A stretch of DNA of 64,000 nucleotides from a bacterium OM1 bin76 (GCA_002238785.1 MPNA01000009.1:8189-72188), one strand, 5' to 3'; shown: positions 9,448 to 19,557, counted from the first letter of the stretch. Numbers and translations: made by a program. Notes: generated by a model not told the origin, from the letters alone.

Positions 9448-10386
9448 ATGGCGGTTCACAGCAAGGTGGTTCTCACCTGCGCAGTTACGGGGAGTTCCCA
9501 CACTCCCACCATGAACATAGGTCTGCCGGTCACCCCAGAGGAAATGGTGTCCCAGTCGGTGGAGGCGCATTCGGCCGGAGCGGCGGTGATCCACATCCAC
9601 GCCCGTGATCCTCGCAATGGCAGGCCCAGCGCCGACGTGGGTTTGTTCCGGGAGTATTGCGTGGGCATTAAAGAGCAATGCGATGCGGTGATCAGCATCA
9701 CCACCGGGGGCGCCACCGGCCAGACCATCGAGGAACGCCTGGCAGTGATCAAGGCGTTGCAGCCCGAATTGGCCACGTGCAACCTGGGGACCATGAACTA
9801 CGGGCTTTTTCAGATGATCCCCAGGTACGAAGGTCGATGGAAGCACGACTGGGAGGAGGCCTTCCTGGAGTCCACTCGCCATGAACCTTTCGTGAACCGG
9901 TTTTCGGATATCGAGTACATGCTCACCGAGCTAACTGAGGAGACGGGTTGCCGCTTCGAGTTCGAGGCTTATGACGTGGGGCATCTCTACACGCTGGCCT
10001 ATTACGCCGATCAGGGCCTGGTGAAGCCCCCCATATTCATGCAGTTCGTGGTGGGCACCCTGGGGGGCATAGGGCCTGACATCGAGAACGTGGTGGTGAT
10101 GAAGCAGACTGCCGACCGCCTGTTCGGGACCGACATCGAGTGGTCGGTGCTGGGAGGAGGTCGGTTCCAGTTCGATATCGTCACCGCCGGGGCGGTTCTC
10201 GGAGGCCATGTGAGAGTTGGTCTGGAGGATGGGATATACCTGCGTCGGGGGCGATTGGCCGACAACAATGCCGAGCAGGTGGCCAAGATGGTCCGGATCC
10301 TCAACGAGTTGTCGCGCGAGACGGCGACCTCCGCCGAGGCTCGGGAGATACTGGATCTCAAGGGCCTCCACAATGTGGCGTTCTGA
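9448..10386 (+). CDS. BKACE-family beta-keto acid cleavage enzyme (DUF849, 3-keto-5-aminohexanoate cleavage enzyme-like), probably the dehydrocarnitine cleavage enzyme.
   Basis: DUF849 TIM-barrel signature (LTCAVTGS, AAVIHIHARDP, ITTGGATG, GGHVRVGLED). RBS aaggag 8 nt upstream. Context: a dehydrogenase/thioesterase fusion follows it. Confidence 0.8.
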   Translation: MAVHSKVVLTCAVTGSSHTPTMNIGLPVTPEEMVSQSVEAHSAGAAVIHIHARDPRNGRPSADVGLFREYCVGIKEQCDAVISITTGGATGQTIEERLAVIKALQPELATCNLGTMNYGLFQMIPRYEGRWKHDWEEAFLESTRHEPFVNRFSDIEYMLTELTEETGCRFEFEAYDVGHLYTLAYYADQGLVKPPIFMQFVVGTLGGIGPDIENVVVMKQTADRLFGTDIEWSVLGGGRFQFDIVTAGAVLGGHVRVGLEDGIYLRRGRLADNNAEQVAKMVRILNELSRETATSAEAREILDLKGLHNVAF

Positions 10387-10482
10387 TAGTCAAGCGCCTT
10401 GGATAAAGGGCGCGGTTGACCTGTGGCAGCCGTGAGAGACGAGGCGGGAGGGGCCGAGGATCGATTCCGCTCTCAAGTCGGG

Positions 10483-11949
10483 GTGGTGGGTCTGGTGGGC
10501 ACTGGGGTCATCGGGCGAGGATGGGCGGTGAGGGCGCTGTCCAGGGGGTGGGAAGTGGTGGCCACCGATCCCGCTCCCGGGGCGGGGGAGGAGTTGGTGG
10601 CATTCGTGGAGCGGGTCTGGCCCGCTTCCATGGCGCTGGGCCAGCATCCCGACGCCCGGCCCGACCGGGTCCAGTTCGTCGGAACCGTCGAGGAGGTGGC
10701 GGCCCGGGCGGATCTGGTGGTGGAGTCGGTGCCCGAGAGAGAGCACCTCAAGAGAGAAGTGGCCGCCCAGATCGACGCGGCTACTCCTTCCGACGTCTTG
10801 ATCTGCTCCAGTTCCTCGGGGCTACTCCCCAGCCGCCTGCAGGCCGGCCTGCGTCATCCGGGGCGGTATCTGATAGCCCACCCCTTCAACCCTGTCTACC
10901 TGCTGCCTCTGGTGGAACTGTGCGGCGGACGCCTAACCAACCCGGGCGCGTTAGAGACCGCCGGGTCGATCTACCGGGACCTGGGCATGCATCCCCTGGT
11001 GATTCGCAACGAAGTGGAGGGGTACCTCTCCGATCGGCTCCAGGAGGCTTTGTGGCGGGAAGCGCTGTGGCTGGTCAATGACGGAGTGGCCACCACGGAG
11101 GAACTGGATGAGGCCATCATTTACGGCCCGGGCCTGCGCTGGGCGGCGATGGGGACCATGCTCACCTTTCACCTGGCCGGCGGCGAGGGCGGGATGCGGC
11201 ACATGCTGGAGCAGTTCGGCCCGGCCCTGGAACTTCCCTGGACGGCGCTGGTGGCGCCGCCTCTGACCGATCGGCTGATCGAGGCGGTGGTGGAAGGAGT
11301 CGAGCAGCAGGCGGGGGGAAGAAGCGTCAGGGAATTGGAACGGCTTCGAGACCAGTACCTGATCTCGGTGATGCGGGCGCTGCGGCCGCACAACCTGGGC
11401 GCCGGACGGGTGTTGGCAGACCGGGAGGCGATCCGGTTGGCGGCGGGCGCCAAAACCTGGCATCCGGGTTCCGAGGTGGAGGCGCCCCTGGAGTTGTATC
11501 GCTGCGGGGTGGAACCTGATTGGGTGGATTACAACGGCCACATGACCGAGAGCGCCTACCTGGCGGCCTTCGGCTGGGCTTCGGACGCTCTGTTCCGCTA
11601 TGTGGGGATCGACGAACAGTATCGGGCCGAGGGCCACTCCTTCTATACCGTTGAGACCCATATCCACTATCGGCGGGAAGCTTCCGTTCACCAGGATCTT
11701 TTCTTCACCACCCAACTGTTGGGGGTGGATCAAAAGCGCCTTCACATCTTCCACACCATGTTCGACGCCGACCGCAACCGGCTCTCTTCCACCGAACAGA
11801 TGCTCCTGCATGTCGACACACAGGCCGGATGTGCGGCGCCCATCCGGTCCGAACCGGCCCGGGCCTTGGCTGAGATCGCTCGGGCCCACCAAACGCTTCC
11901 GGTTCCGCCCGAGGTGGGCGCCCGAATGACCCTTGACAGGCAAGGCTGA
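10483..11949 (+). CDS. L-carnitine dehydrogenase-like 3-hydroxyacyl-CoA dehydrogenase fused to a C-terminal hotdog (4HBT) thioesterase
   Basis: N-terminal NAD Rossmann (VGLVGTGVIGRGWA), 3HCDH N and C domains, then a hotdog thioesterase (VDYNGHMTESAYLAAF ... HIFHTMF). The start is uncertain: GTG at 10483 or 10423. Confidence 0.7.
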   Translation: MVGLVGTGVIGRGWAVRALSRGWEVVATDPAPGAGEELVAFVERVWPASMALGQHPDARPDRVQFVGTVEEVAARADLVVESVPEREHLKREVAAQIDAATPSDVLICSSSSGLLPSRLQAGLRHPGRYLIAHPFNPVYLLPLVELCGGRLTNPGALETAGSIYRDLGMHPLVIRNEVEGYLSDRLQEALWREALWLVNDGVATTEELDEAIIYGPGLRWAAMGTMLTFHLAGGEGGMRHMLEQFGPALELPWTALVAPPLTDRLIEAVVEGVEQQAGGRSVRELERLRDQYLISVMRALRPHNLGAGRVLADREAIRLAAGAKTWHPGSEVEAPLELYRCGVEPDWVDYNGHMTESAYLAAFGWASDALFRYVGIDEQYRAEGHSFYTVETHIHYRREASVHQDLFFTTQLLGVDQKRLHIFHTMFDADRNRLSSTEQMLLHVDTQAGCAAPIRSEPARALAEIARAHQTLPVPPEVGARMTLDRQG

Positions 11950-11965
11950 CAGAAAGGGAAATCCG

Positions 11966-13138
11966 ATGCACTTTGCTCTCACCGACGAACAGGAGTTGAT
12001 CGTCGCCACAGTTGCGGAGTTCACCGAAAGGGAGTTGATGCCCCACGAGGAAGAGGTGGAGCGACTGGGCCGCGTCCCCGGCCAACTGGCCGCGGGCATC
12101 AAGAAGAAGGCCATCGAGGCGGGGATCTTCTCGGCCAACATGCCGGTGGAGGTGGGGGGCGCCGGTCTTGACAACCTGACCATGGCGTTGGTGGAGAAGG
12201 AACTCGGCAAGACGGCGTATGCCCTGCATCATCTGGTGGCCCGCCCCTCCAACATCCTGCTGGCCTGCGTCGGAGAGCAAAGGGACCGGTACCTGTACCC
12301 CACGGTGGCCGGCCGGCGGATGGAGGCGTTGGCCATGAGCGAACCTGACGCCGGTTCCGATCTGCGGGGGATGAAGTGCCGGGCGGTCCGGGACGGGGAC
12401 GAATACGTGATCCGGGGGGTCAAGCACTTCATTTCCCACGGGGACATCTGTGACTATGTGATCCTGTTCGCCGCCACCGGCGAGGAGTCACCCCAGGATG
12501 CGGGAGGGGGGAGGGCGCCCCGGAAGATCACGGCCTTCCTGGTGGACGTGGGGACACCGGGCTTCGAGGTGCAAGAGGGCTACCGATGCGTCTCTCACCG
12601 CGGATACAACAATGCCGTTTTCAGCTTTGACGACTGCCGGATTCCGGCCTCCCAGATTCTGGGCGAGGAGCACCAGGGCTTCGAGGTGGCCAACACCTGG
12701 CTGGGAGGTACCCGTCTCGCGGTGGCCGCCAACTGCCTGGGCAGAGCAGAGCGGGCCATGGGACTGGCAACCGAGTGGGCTGCCACTCGCACCCAGTTCG
12801 GACAGACCATCGGTCGCTTTCAGGGGGTCTCGTTCAAGCTGGCGGACATGGCCACGCAGATGGCCGCTGCCGAGCTTCTGACGCTGCGGGCTGCCTGGAA
12901 GGCCGACCGGGGCGAGATGAGTTCCGCCGACGCCGCCATGGCCAAACTGGCTGCCACCGAAATGCTCGCCCATGTGACCGATGAGGCCATCCAGATCTTT
13001 GGCGGGATGGGCCTGATGGGCGAGTTGCCGTTGGAACGCATGTGGCGGGACGCCCGAGTGGAACGCATCTGGGACGGCACCTCCGAGATCCAGCGTCACA
13101 TCATCTCCCGGTCGATTCTCCGTCCCCTGGGAGGCTGA
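11966..13138 (+). CDS. Acyl-CoA dehydrogenase
   Basis: ACAD N, middle and C domains (LAMSEPDAGSDL, catalytic-base region IFGGMG..E). ATG at 11966 with an aagggaa RBS. Confidence 0.8.
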   Translation: MHFALTDEQELIVATVAEFTERELMPHEEEVERLGRVPGQLAAGIKKKAIEAGIFSANMPVEVGGAGLDNLTMALVEKELGKTAYALHHLVARPSNILLACVGEQRDRYLYPTVAGRRMEALAMSEPDAGSDLRGMKCRAVRDGDEYVIRGVKHFISHGDICDYVILFAATGEESPQDAGGGRAPRKITAFLVDVGTPGFEVQEGYRCVSHRGYNNAVFSFDDCRIPASQILGEEHQGFEVANTWLGGTRLAVAANCLGRAERAMGLATEWAATRTQFGQTIGRFQGVSFKLADMATQMAAAELLTLRAAWKADRGEMSSADAAMAKLAATEMLAHVTDEAIQIFGGMGLMGELPLERMWRDARVERIWDGTSEIQRHIISRSILRPLGG

Positions 13139-13143
13139 CGACC

Positions 13144-15234
13144 TTGTCGGCATTGGCCAGGTTGCTGAGGCCGAGGACGGTGGCCCTGGTGGGTGGGGGC
13201 TTGTTGGACCAGTTGGTGGACTCCTGTCGGCAGATCGGATTCGCCGGCGAAGTGTGGCCGGTGAATCCCCATCGTCGCCAGGTGTCGGGTCTTCGGTGCT
13301 TCCCTGCCCTCGAGGACCTTCCAAGTCCTCCCGACGCGGTCTTTCTGGCCGTAAACCGCAGGCGGACCATTGAAGCGGTGGAGACGCTTGCCAGGATGGG
13401 AGCGGGGTCGGCGGTGTGCTATGCGTCCCTCTTCGCGGAGCATGGTGAAGATGGATCCGGTCACCAGCGCCGGTTGGTGGAAGCGGCGGGAGGAATGCCG
13501 ATTCTGGGCCCCAACTGCTACGGGCTGATCAATGCGCTGGACCGGGTGGCGCTGTGGCCGGATCAGTCGGGGTGTCATCCCGTCCCAGAGGGAATGGCGC
13601 TCATCTCCCAAAGCGGCAATGTCGGACTGAACATGACGTTCCAGCGGCGCCGGCTTCCGGTCTCGCACCTGGTGTCGGTGGGAAATCAGGCAGTGGTGGG
13701 GATAGAAGACGTGATGGCGGAACTCCTCGAGGACCCCCGGGTCAAGGGCATCGGGTTGTTCCTGGAGGCGGTCAGGGATCCCGGTCGGTTCCTGGATGTG
13801 ACGCTCCGCGCCCTATCGGCTCGGATTCCGGTGGTGGCCCTCCTGGTGGGCAAGTCGCGCCGGGGGGCGGAGATCGCCCGCAGTCACACCGCTTCGATGA
13901 GCGGAATGGCCGACGCCTACCGGGCGCTGTTCGACCGGGGAGGGGTGATCGGGGTGAGCACCCTGCCGGAATTGCTGGAGACCCTGGCAGTGATGGTCGG
14001 CGCCGGACCTCTGCCCGGCAACCGGATCGTTTCCATGTCCTGTTCGGGAGGGGAGGCGTCATACGTGGCGGACCTGGCCGACGGGCGCCACTTGGACTTT
14101 GCTCCCTTCCCCCAGGGACAGCAGCGGAGCGTGAGCCGGATTCTGGACGGAAGGGTGGCGGTCGGGAATCCGTTGGACTACCACACTTTCATCTGGGACG
14201 ACCGGCGCCGCCTGGAGCAGTTGTTCGGTGAGGTCATGGCCGGTCCACAGGACGCCACCATGCTGGTTTTGGACGTTCCTGAAGCGAAAGGGGACTTCTC
14301 GGCTTTCCGGAAGACCGCCCGGGCCATGATCGCCGCCGGTGCGGCTTGCGGGCAACCCGCCCCGGGGGTGTCCCGCCTGCCCGGAAACCCCGCCCGCCGA
14401 GGGGCCCGGGCGCGGGGGGGCGGGGGGGTCGCCGGCCTGCCGGAAAACCTCTCCGGCGAAGTGGCCCGGGAGTTGGCGGACGGTGGGGTGACTGCGGTGC
14501 GAGGGATCGAGGAAGCGTTGGCCGGGCTGGAGGCGGCCGTGCGGTGGGGCGAGCGGGTGCGTGCCGGCGCACCTCATTACCCGGCGCCGGTCCCTCCCCC
14601 TGGTCACCGGACGATCCACCTCAACGAAGTCCAGGCCAAGGCTCGCCTCGCCTCCTGGGGTGTGCCGGTTCCCCGGGGCGCCGCGGCGCCGGCGGAGAGA
14701 TTGGGCGCGGCGGCCGAGGAGATCGGGTATCCCTTGGTGGTCAAGGTGCTGGGCTTTGATCACAAGACGGAGCGGGGAGGGATCCGGGCGGGCATGGCGA
14801 CACCCCGGGATCTGGATGAGGCTGTCACGAGCATGTCAGAGGGGTACCAGGGACTCTTCCTGGTCGAGGAGATGGTTGGCGAGGTGGTCGCCGAATTGCT
14901 GGTCAGCGTCCGGCGCCAGTGGCCGGTCGGTTGGCTGGTCACCCTGGGCGGGGGAGGGGTGCTGGCCGAGTTGCTGGATGATCTCGCCCACTTCCTGGCG
15001 CCGGTCGGCCGTGGGGAGGTCGTGGAGGCCTTGGAGACACTCAGAGTTGGCCGACTGCTGGCAGGCTATCGAGGTGGGGCTCCCGCCGACCTCGGGGTGT
15101 GCGCAACGGTGATCTGCAACCTGGTAAACGGGGCCCTGGGTGATGGTGATGTGGTGGAGATGGAGGTGAATCCCCTGCTGGTCACGGCTTCGGAAGCGGT
15201 GGCGGTGGACGCACTGTTGAGCGTGACTCATTGA
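13144..15234 (+). CDS. Acyl-CoA synthetase, NDP-forming (acetate--CoA ligase family: CoA-binding plus succinyl-CoA synthetase-like plus ATP-grasp domains)
   Basis: CoA-binding Rossmann (TVALVGGG ... PVNP), ligase-CoA domain (ILGPNCYG), C-terminal ATP-grasp. TTG start at 13144 just after the ACAD stop. It contains a G-rich low-complexity segment at 14395-14420. Confidence 0.65.
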   Translation: MSALARLLRPRTVALVGGGLLDQLVDSCRQIGFAGEVWPVNPHRRQVSGLRCFPALEDLPSPPDAVFLAVNRRRTIEAVETLARMGAGSAVCYASLFAEHGEDGSGHQRRLVEAAGGMPILGPNCYGLINALDRVALWPDQSGCHPVPEGMALISQSGNVGLNMTFQRRRLPVSHLVSVGNQAVVGIEDVMAELLEDPRVKGIGLFLEAVRDPGRFLDVTLRALSARIPVVALLVGKSRRGAEIARSHTASMSGMADAYRALFDRGGVIGVSTLPELLETLAVMVGAGPLPGNRIVSMSCSGGEASYVADLADGRHLDFAPFPQGQQRSVSRILDGRVAVGNPLDYHTFIWDDRRRLEQLFGEVMAGPQDATMLVLDVPEAKGDFSAFRKTARAMIAAGAACGQPAPGVSRLPGNPARRGARARGGGGVAGLPENLSGEVARELADGGVTAVRGIEEALAGLEAAVRWGERVRAGAPHYPAPVPPPGHRTIHLNEVQAKARLASWGVPVPRGAAAPAERLGAAAEEIGYPLVVKVLGFDHKTERGGIRAGMATPRDLDEAVTSMSEGYQGLFLVEEMVGEVVAELLVSVRRQWPVGWLVTLGGGGVLAELLDDLAHFLAPVGRGEVVEALETLRVGRLLAGYRGGAPADLGVCATVICNLVNGALGDGDVVEMEVNPLLVTASEAVAVDALLSVTH

Positions 15235-15472
15235 GGGAGGCCGGCCTGCCGATGATGCCAGCTTCAATGGCTGAAAGGGCCTTTGGAACTTTCGTCCGTC
15301 GGTTATGCACCGGCAACTTGGCGGATGCTGTTGGGTGTTGTGAATGCACTGACCTGGGGCTGTACCCGGTTGAGCCGCCGGAGTCCGATTATCTTTGCCA
15401 GTGGTGGTCAGCACTGCTGATACGACCAGAACCAATGGCACTATGACGAACCAATCAGAGGCGGTGGCGTGA

Positions 15473-16537
15473 ATGGCTGATTCAGGAATTCGACCGGAAC
15501 GCTCTTCGATCCGTCCGATCTCCGCCTCAGGGGTGTGGAAGGTCTTTGGAAGACGCGTGGCGGATGCCATGCAAATGGCCAGGGATAACGTGGACCAATC
15601 GACCATCCTGGCGGAGAGCGGATGCGTGGTGGCCGTGAAGGACGCCAGTTTTGAGGTGAACAGAGGGGAGGTATTCGTGGTGATGGGTCTGTCGGGCAGC
15701 GGAAAGTCCACGCTCATCCGCTGTCTCTCCCGTCTGATAGACGCCACCGCCGGCACGGTTCTGATCGACGGCAGGGACGTGGGGGAGATGTCCGATGACG
15801 AACTGCGTGACCTGCGTCGGCACACCATCAGCATGGTCTTCCAGAACTACGGACTGTTTCCCCACCGAAGAGTTATCGACAACGTCGCCTTCGGGCTGGA
15901 GGTGAGAGGCGAGGAAAAGGAAGAGCGTTACCAGACCGCCACGAAGATGATCGAATTGGTGGGCCTCGATGGTTGGGCTGACAAATACCCGGAGCAGTTG
16001 AGCGGCGGAATGAAGCAACGGGTGGGTCTGGCGCGGGCGTTGGCGGTGGATCCCGAGATACTCCTCTTCGACGAGCCCTTCTCTGCGTTGGATCCCCTGA
16101 TCCGAAGAGACATGCAAGATGAACTCCTGGGCCTTCAAGAGCGACTCCACTGCACCATGGTTTTCATAACCCATGACTTCTCAGAGGCCCTCAAAATCGG
16201 GGATCGGATTGCGATAATGCGCTCCGGCGCCATCGTGCAAGTTGGTACCCCCGAAGAGATCGTGGCGCATCCGGCCGACGACTACGTGAGGGACTTCACC
16301 CTGGATGTCCCCCGCCACAAGGTGTTGTCGGTGGGGGCGGTCATGGCGCCGGCAGAGAGCGTCGACTGGGCGGGCGTCCATCCGGAAGGGGAACCGGTGG
16401 CAGTCTCGGCGTCCTTGGAGGGTGTTCTTCCTCGCCTACTGACCGAGGGAGAACCGGTGGTGGTGGTCGATGACAAGGGCGGCAGATGCGGGGTGTTGGA
16501 GCCCGCCGTGGTCTCTCGGTATCTGTGGCCCGGATGA
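15473..16537 (+). CDS. Glycine betaine/carnitine/proline ABC transporter ATP-binding protein (OpuAA/ProV-like)
   Basis: Walker A GLSGSGKST, signature LSGGMKQRVGLARAL, Walker B LLFDEPFSALD, C-terminal regulatory extension. Confidence 0.85.
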   Translation: MADSGIRPERSSIRPISASGVWKVFGRRVADAMQMARDNVDQSTILAESGCVVAVKDASFEVNRGEVFVVMGLSGSGKSTLIRCLSRLIDATAGTVLIDGRDVGEMSDDELRDLRRHTISMVFQNYGLFPHRRVIDNVAFGLEVRGEEKEERYQTATKMIELVGLDGWADKYPEQLSGGMKQRVGLARALAVDPEILLFDEPFSALDPLIRRDMQDELLGLQERLHCTMVFITHDFSEALKIGDRIAIMRSGAIVQVGTPEEIVAHPADDYVRDFTLDVPRHKVLSVGAVMAPAESVDWAGVHPEGEPVAVSASLEGVLPRLLTEGEPVVVVDDKGGRCGVLEPAVVSRYLWPG

Positions 16538-18480
16538 CCTCTCTGGACCAGCGCCGATTCATCAAAATGCCACGTTCGGTGGGCCTTTTGGGTTTGGCTG
16601 CGCTGGTATTGGGCGGGCTGATAGTCTTCCTTCCCGAAGAAATAACGGCTTTCCCTCCTGAATGGGACATCGGCTTTGGTCCGGCTGTCAACGAGATGCA
16701 GCAGTGGTGGATCAGCAACCGCCGGGATCTGGGGCTTTACCTGTACTTCTTCGATCCGCTCTCCGACGTAATCGAATGGCTGTTGCGGGCTTTTGAGGGT
16801 CTCCTGCTGGGCATTCCGTGGTACGTGCATGTGGTGGGAGTGGGAGTCCTGTTCGGTTCCAGGATGGGTTTGTCCCGGGGACTGGCGGCGGGAGGGGGCA
16901 TGCTCTATTTCGTGGTGCTCGGCTTGTGGGAGTTGAGTGTTCAGACCTTTGCCCTGATGACGGTGGCGGTGGCCGTGTCGGTGGCGGTCGGCATCCCCAT
17001 CGGGATACTGGCTGCCCGCAGTGAATGGGTCAACCGGGTACTGAGGCCGTTGCTCGACTCCATGCAGACCCTTCCTGCTTTCGTTTACCTCATCCCTGTT
17101 CTGCTGTTCTTCGGCGTGGCGCGGGTGCCGTCCCTGATCGCCACCGTCATCTACGCCCTGCCACCCGTCATTCGGCTCACCAACCTGGGAATACGCCAGG
17201 TGCCCACCGAGAGCCTGGAAGCCGGAACGATGTTCGGGACGACATCGGGGCAGTTGCTGCGGAAGGTGCAGTTGCCCCAGGCGGCGCCCTCCATCCTGGC
17301 TGGGATAAACCAGACCATCATGATGGCGCTCAGCATCGTGGTGATCGCAGCCCTGATCGGGGCGGGAGGATTGGGTCAAGAGGTGCTGTTGGCGCTGCGC
17401 CACCAGGAGGTGGGGAGAGCGGTGGAGGCGGGCATGGGCATCGTGCTGATGGCTGTGATGCTGGACCGGTTCTCCCACTCGACGATCGGGCAGGGTCAGG
17501 GCCCACTGGCCTTCTCGGAGTTGTGGTCGCACAGGGGTGTCCGGATCCTGGGGTTCGTCCTGGGCGCCGCGGCTCTGCTTGGCTGGATCATGGGATGGAC
17601 TGATGTGCCATCCGGCCTGCAGGTCAGTTACGCGGCGCCCATCGACTGGGCGGTGGATTGGGCGAGGGACAATCTCTATCAGTTGGGCAACCTTCCCCTT
17701 GGCACCGGTCCCTTCAGTGACTTCCTCACCACCTACGGCACCCGTCCGATGCGGCTCTACCTGAGTGAGGAGGCCTGGCCGGTTATTGTGATCTTCTTCG
17801 GATTCGTGTCTTGGTGGGCTTCCGGCAAGCGGTTGGTGGTCGGTTCGGTTATCGGGACCGTGGTAATCGGCCTGCTGGGCATGTGGACTCTGACCATGGA
17901 CACCCTGTCGCAGACGGTGGTGGCGGTGTTGATGGCCATCGTGATCGGCCTTCCCCTGGGGATAGCGGCATCCCGCCGGGACTGGTTGGAGCGGAGTCTG
18001 CGCCCGGTTCTCGACACCTTGCAGACCATCCCCAGCTTCTGCTTCCTGGTGCCGGTGGTGATCCTTTTCAACGTGGGGCGAATCCCGGGGATAATCGCTT
18101 CGGTCCTCTACGCGGTGGCGCCGGTGGTGCGGCTCACCAACCTGGGGATTCGCAGCGTCGAGAAGGAGATTGTGGAAGCATCCGAGTCCTTTGGGGTTAC
18201 CAAGCGCCAGAAACTGTGGAAGATACAGTTCCCTCTGGCGATGCCCACTGTTTTGGCAGGCATCAACCAAACGGTCATGCTGGTGTTGGCGATGGTGGTG
18301 ATCGCCGGACTGGTGGGAGGGGCCGGGCTGGGTCTCGAGGCGGTCAAGGGCCTCGCCCGAAGCGACACGGGCCTGGGTTTCGAAGCCGGCGCCTCGATCG
18401 TCATTCTGGCCATGATCCTCGACCGGATAACTCAAGGCTGGGCAACCCGCTTCCAACCTCCTTCCTCCGATGGCCATTAG
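16534..18480 (+). CDS. Fused double-domain glycine betaine-type ABC permease (two OpuAB/ProW-like BPD_transp_1 modules)
   Basis: Two copies of the EAA-loop permease core (...ALPPVIRLTNLGIRQV... and ...AVAPVVRLTNLGIRSV...). ATGA overlap with the ATPase stop. Confidence 0.8.
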   Translation: MTSLDQRRFIKMPRSVGLLGLAALVLGGLIVFLPEEITAFPPEWDIGFGPAVNEMQQWWISNRRDLGLYLYFFDPLSDVIEWLLRAFEGLLLGIPWYVHVVGVGVLFGSRMGLSRGLAAGGGMLYFVVLGLWELSVQTFALMTVAVAVSVAVGIPIGILAARSEWVNRVLRPLLDSMQTLPAFVYLIPVLLFFGVARVPSLIATVIYALPPVIRLTNLGIRQVPTESLEAGTMFGTTSGQLLRKVQLPQAAPSILAGINQTIMMALSIVVIAALIGAGGLGQEVLLALRHQEVGRAVEAGMGIVLMAVMLDRFSHSTIGQGQGPLAFSELWSHRGVRILGFVLGAAALLGWIMGWTDVPSGLQVSYAAPIDWAVDWARDNLYQLGNLPLGTGPFSDFLTTYGTRPMRLYLSEEAWPVIVIFFGFVSWWASGKRLVVGSVIGTVVIGLLGMWTLTMDTLSQTVVAVLMAIVIGLPLGIAASRRDWLERSLRPVLDTLQTIPSFCFLVPVVILFNVGRIPGIIASVLYAVAPVVRLTNLGIRSVEKEIVEASESFGVTKRQKLWKIQFPLAMPTVLAGINQTVMLVLAMVVIAGLVGGAGLGLEAVKGLARSDTGLGFEAGASIVILAMILDRITQGWATRFQPPSSDGH

Positions 18481-18592
18481 GTTTGCTACAAGAGTCCCAC
18501 CTGATGGGATTATTGCCCAGATCAAGTAACCGTGGCGTAGAGAATCTGGTTAAATTTTGTTAAGACAAAGACCGACGCGAAAGGAGAATCGC

Positions 18593-19528
18593 ATGAGAGG
18601 AAAACCATTTTTTAGGGCGTCGCTCCTGCTGGCGGCCTTTTCGCTTATGGTCGCAGCCTGCGGCGACGACCTCGGCGATATCGACACCATCAAGCTGGCG
18701 GTCAACCCATGGGACGGTTCGGCGGTGAACGTTGCAGTAGCCGCAGCCGTGTTGGCGGGTGAGGGTTACACCGTGGAAAGAGTCGAGATAGATGAGCAAC
18801 CTCAGTGGGCTGCCATCGCCACCGGCGATCTGCATGCCAGTTTGGAAGTCTGGCCATCGGGGCATGCCGACAACGTTGCCTCCTACATCGACGGGGGCGG
18901 CGGCGTTGTCCACGGTGGTGACCTGGGAGCAATTGGCAAGATCGGCTGGTGGATTCCCACCTATGTGGTGGATCAAAACCCGGCAGCCGCGACATGGCAG
19001 GGTCTGCAGGATCCGGCCGTTGCCGGTTTGTACGCCACTGCCGAGACCGGGGACAAGGGACAGTTCCTGATCGGCGATGCTAGCTGGGTGTCATATGAGC
19101 AGGACATCATCGACAACCTGGGATTGCACCTCGAGGTGGTCTTTGCCGGTTCTGAAGACGCTCTTCTGGCGGCCATGGACTCGGCTACCAGCCGCGGTGA
19201 CCCGTTGCTGTTCTATTGGTGGACTCCCCATTCGGCGTTCAGCAAGTTCGACCTGAGCCCATTCGAGTTGCCTTCCTACTCTGACGAATGCTATGCGTCC
19301 GACGCGGTTGACTGCGACTACCCAGAGGATGTGTTGTTCAAGATCATGTGGGATGGCTTGGAGGAAAGTGCTCCAACCGCGTTCACCATTCTTTCCAACT
19401 TCAACTACACCAATGAAGACCAGATCTTCATGCTGGGCAAGTTGGATGAAGGATTGTCGGTTGACGAAGCGGCCGCCGCATGGATGGACGCCAACGAGTC
19501 CGTCTGGCAGAGTTGGATTCCCGGTTAA
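18593..19528 (+). CDS. Glycine betaine/carnitine-type ABC substrate-binding lipoprotein (OpuAC family)
   Basis: Lipoprotein signal (LLAAFSLMVAAC). OpuAC-like fold motifs (WDGSAVN ... GWWIPTYV). RBS aaaggaga before the ATG at 18593. Confidence 0.75.
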   Translation: MRGKPFFRASLLLAAFSLMVAACGDDLGDIDTIKLAVNPWDGSAVNVAVAAAVLAGEGYTVERVEIDEQPQWAAIATGDLHASLEVWPSGHADNVASYIDGGGGVVHGGDLGAIGKIGWWIPTYVVDQNPAAATWQGLQDPAVAGLYATAETGDKGQFLIGDASWVSYEQDIIDNLGLHLEVVFAGSEDALLAAMDSATSRGDPLLFYWWTPHSAFSKFDLSPFELPSYSDECYASDAVDCDYPEDVLFKIMWDGLEESAPTAFTILSNFNYTNEDQIFMLGKLDEGLSVDEAAAAWMDANESVWQSWIPG

Positions 19529-19557
19529 AGTCCCGATACAAACGTAAACGATGAGAT

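Noticed and set aside
8572-9882. A 436-aa version of the IclR regulator
   Set aside because: The N-terminal about 175 residues (to 9882) have no protein-like character and overlap the divergent promoter. IclR regulators are about 250-270 aa. The GTG at 9354 gives a canonical wHTH-first protein.
16282-18525. A 747-aa minus-strand ORF, and many other long antisense ORFs (e.g. 1515-2513, 7425-8609, 10951-12210, 22934-24178, 33152-34366, all minus)
   Set aside because: They are antisense to well-supported genes. They are rich in Arg/Pro/Gly/His and have no recognisable domains or RBS. These are the shadow ORFs typical of about 67% GC sequence.
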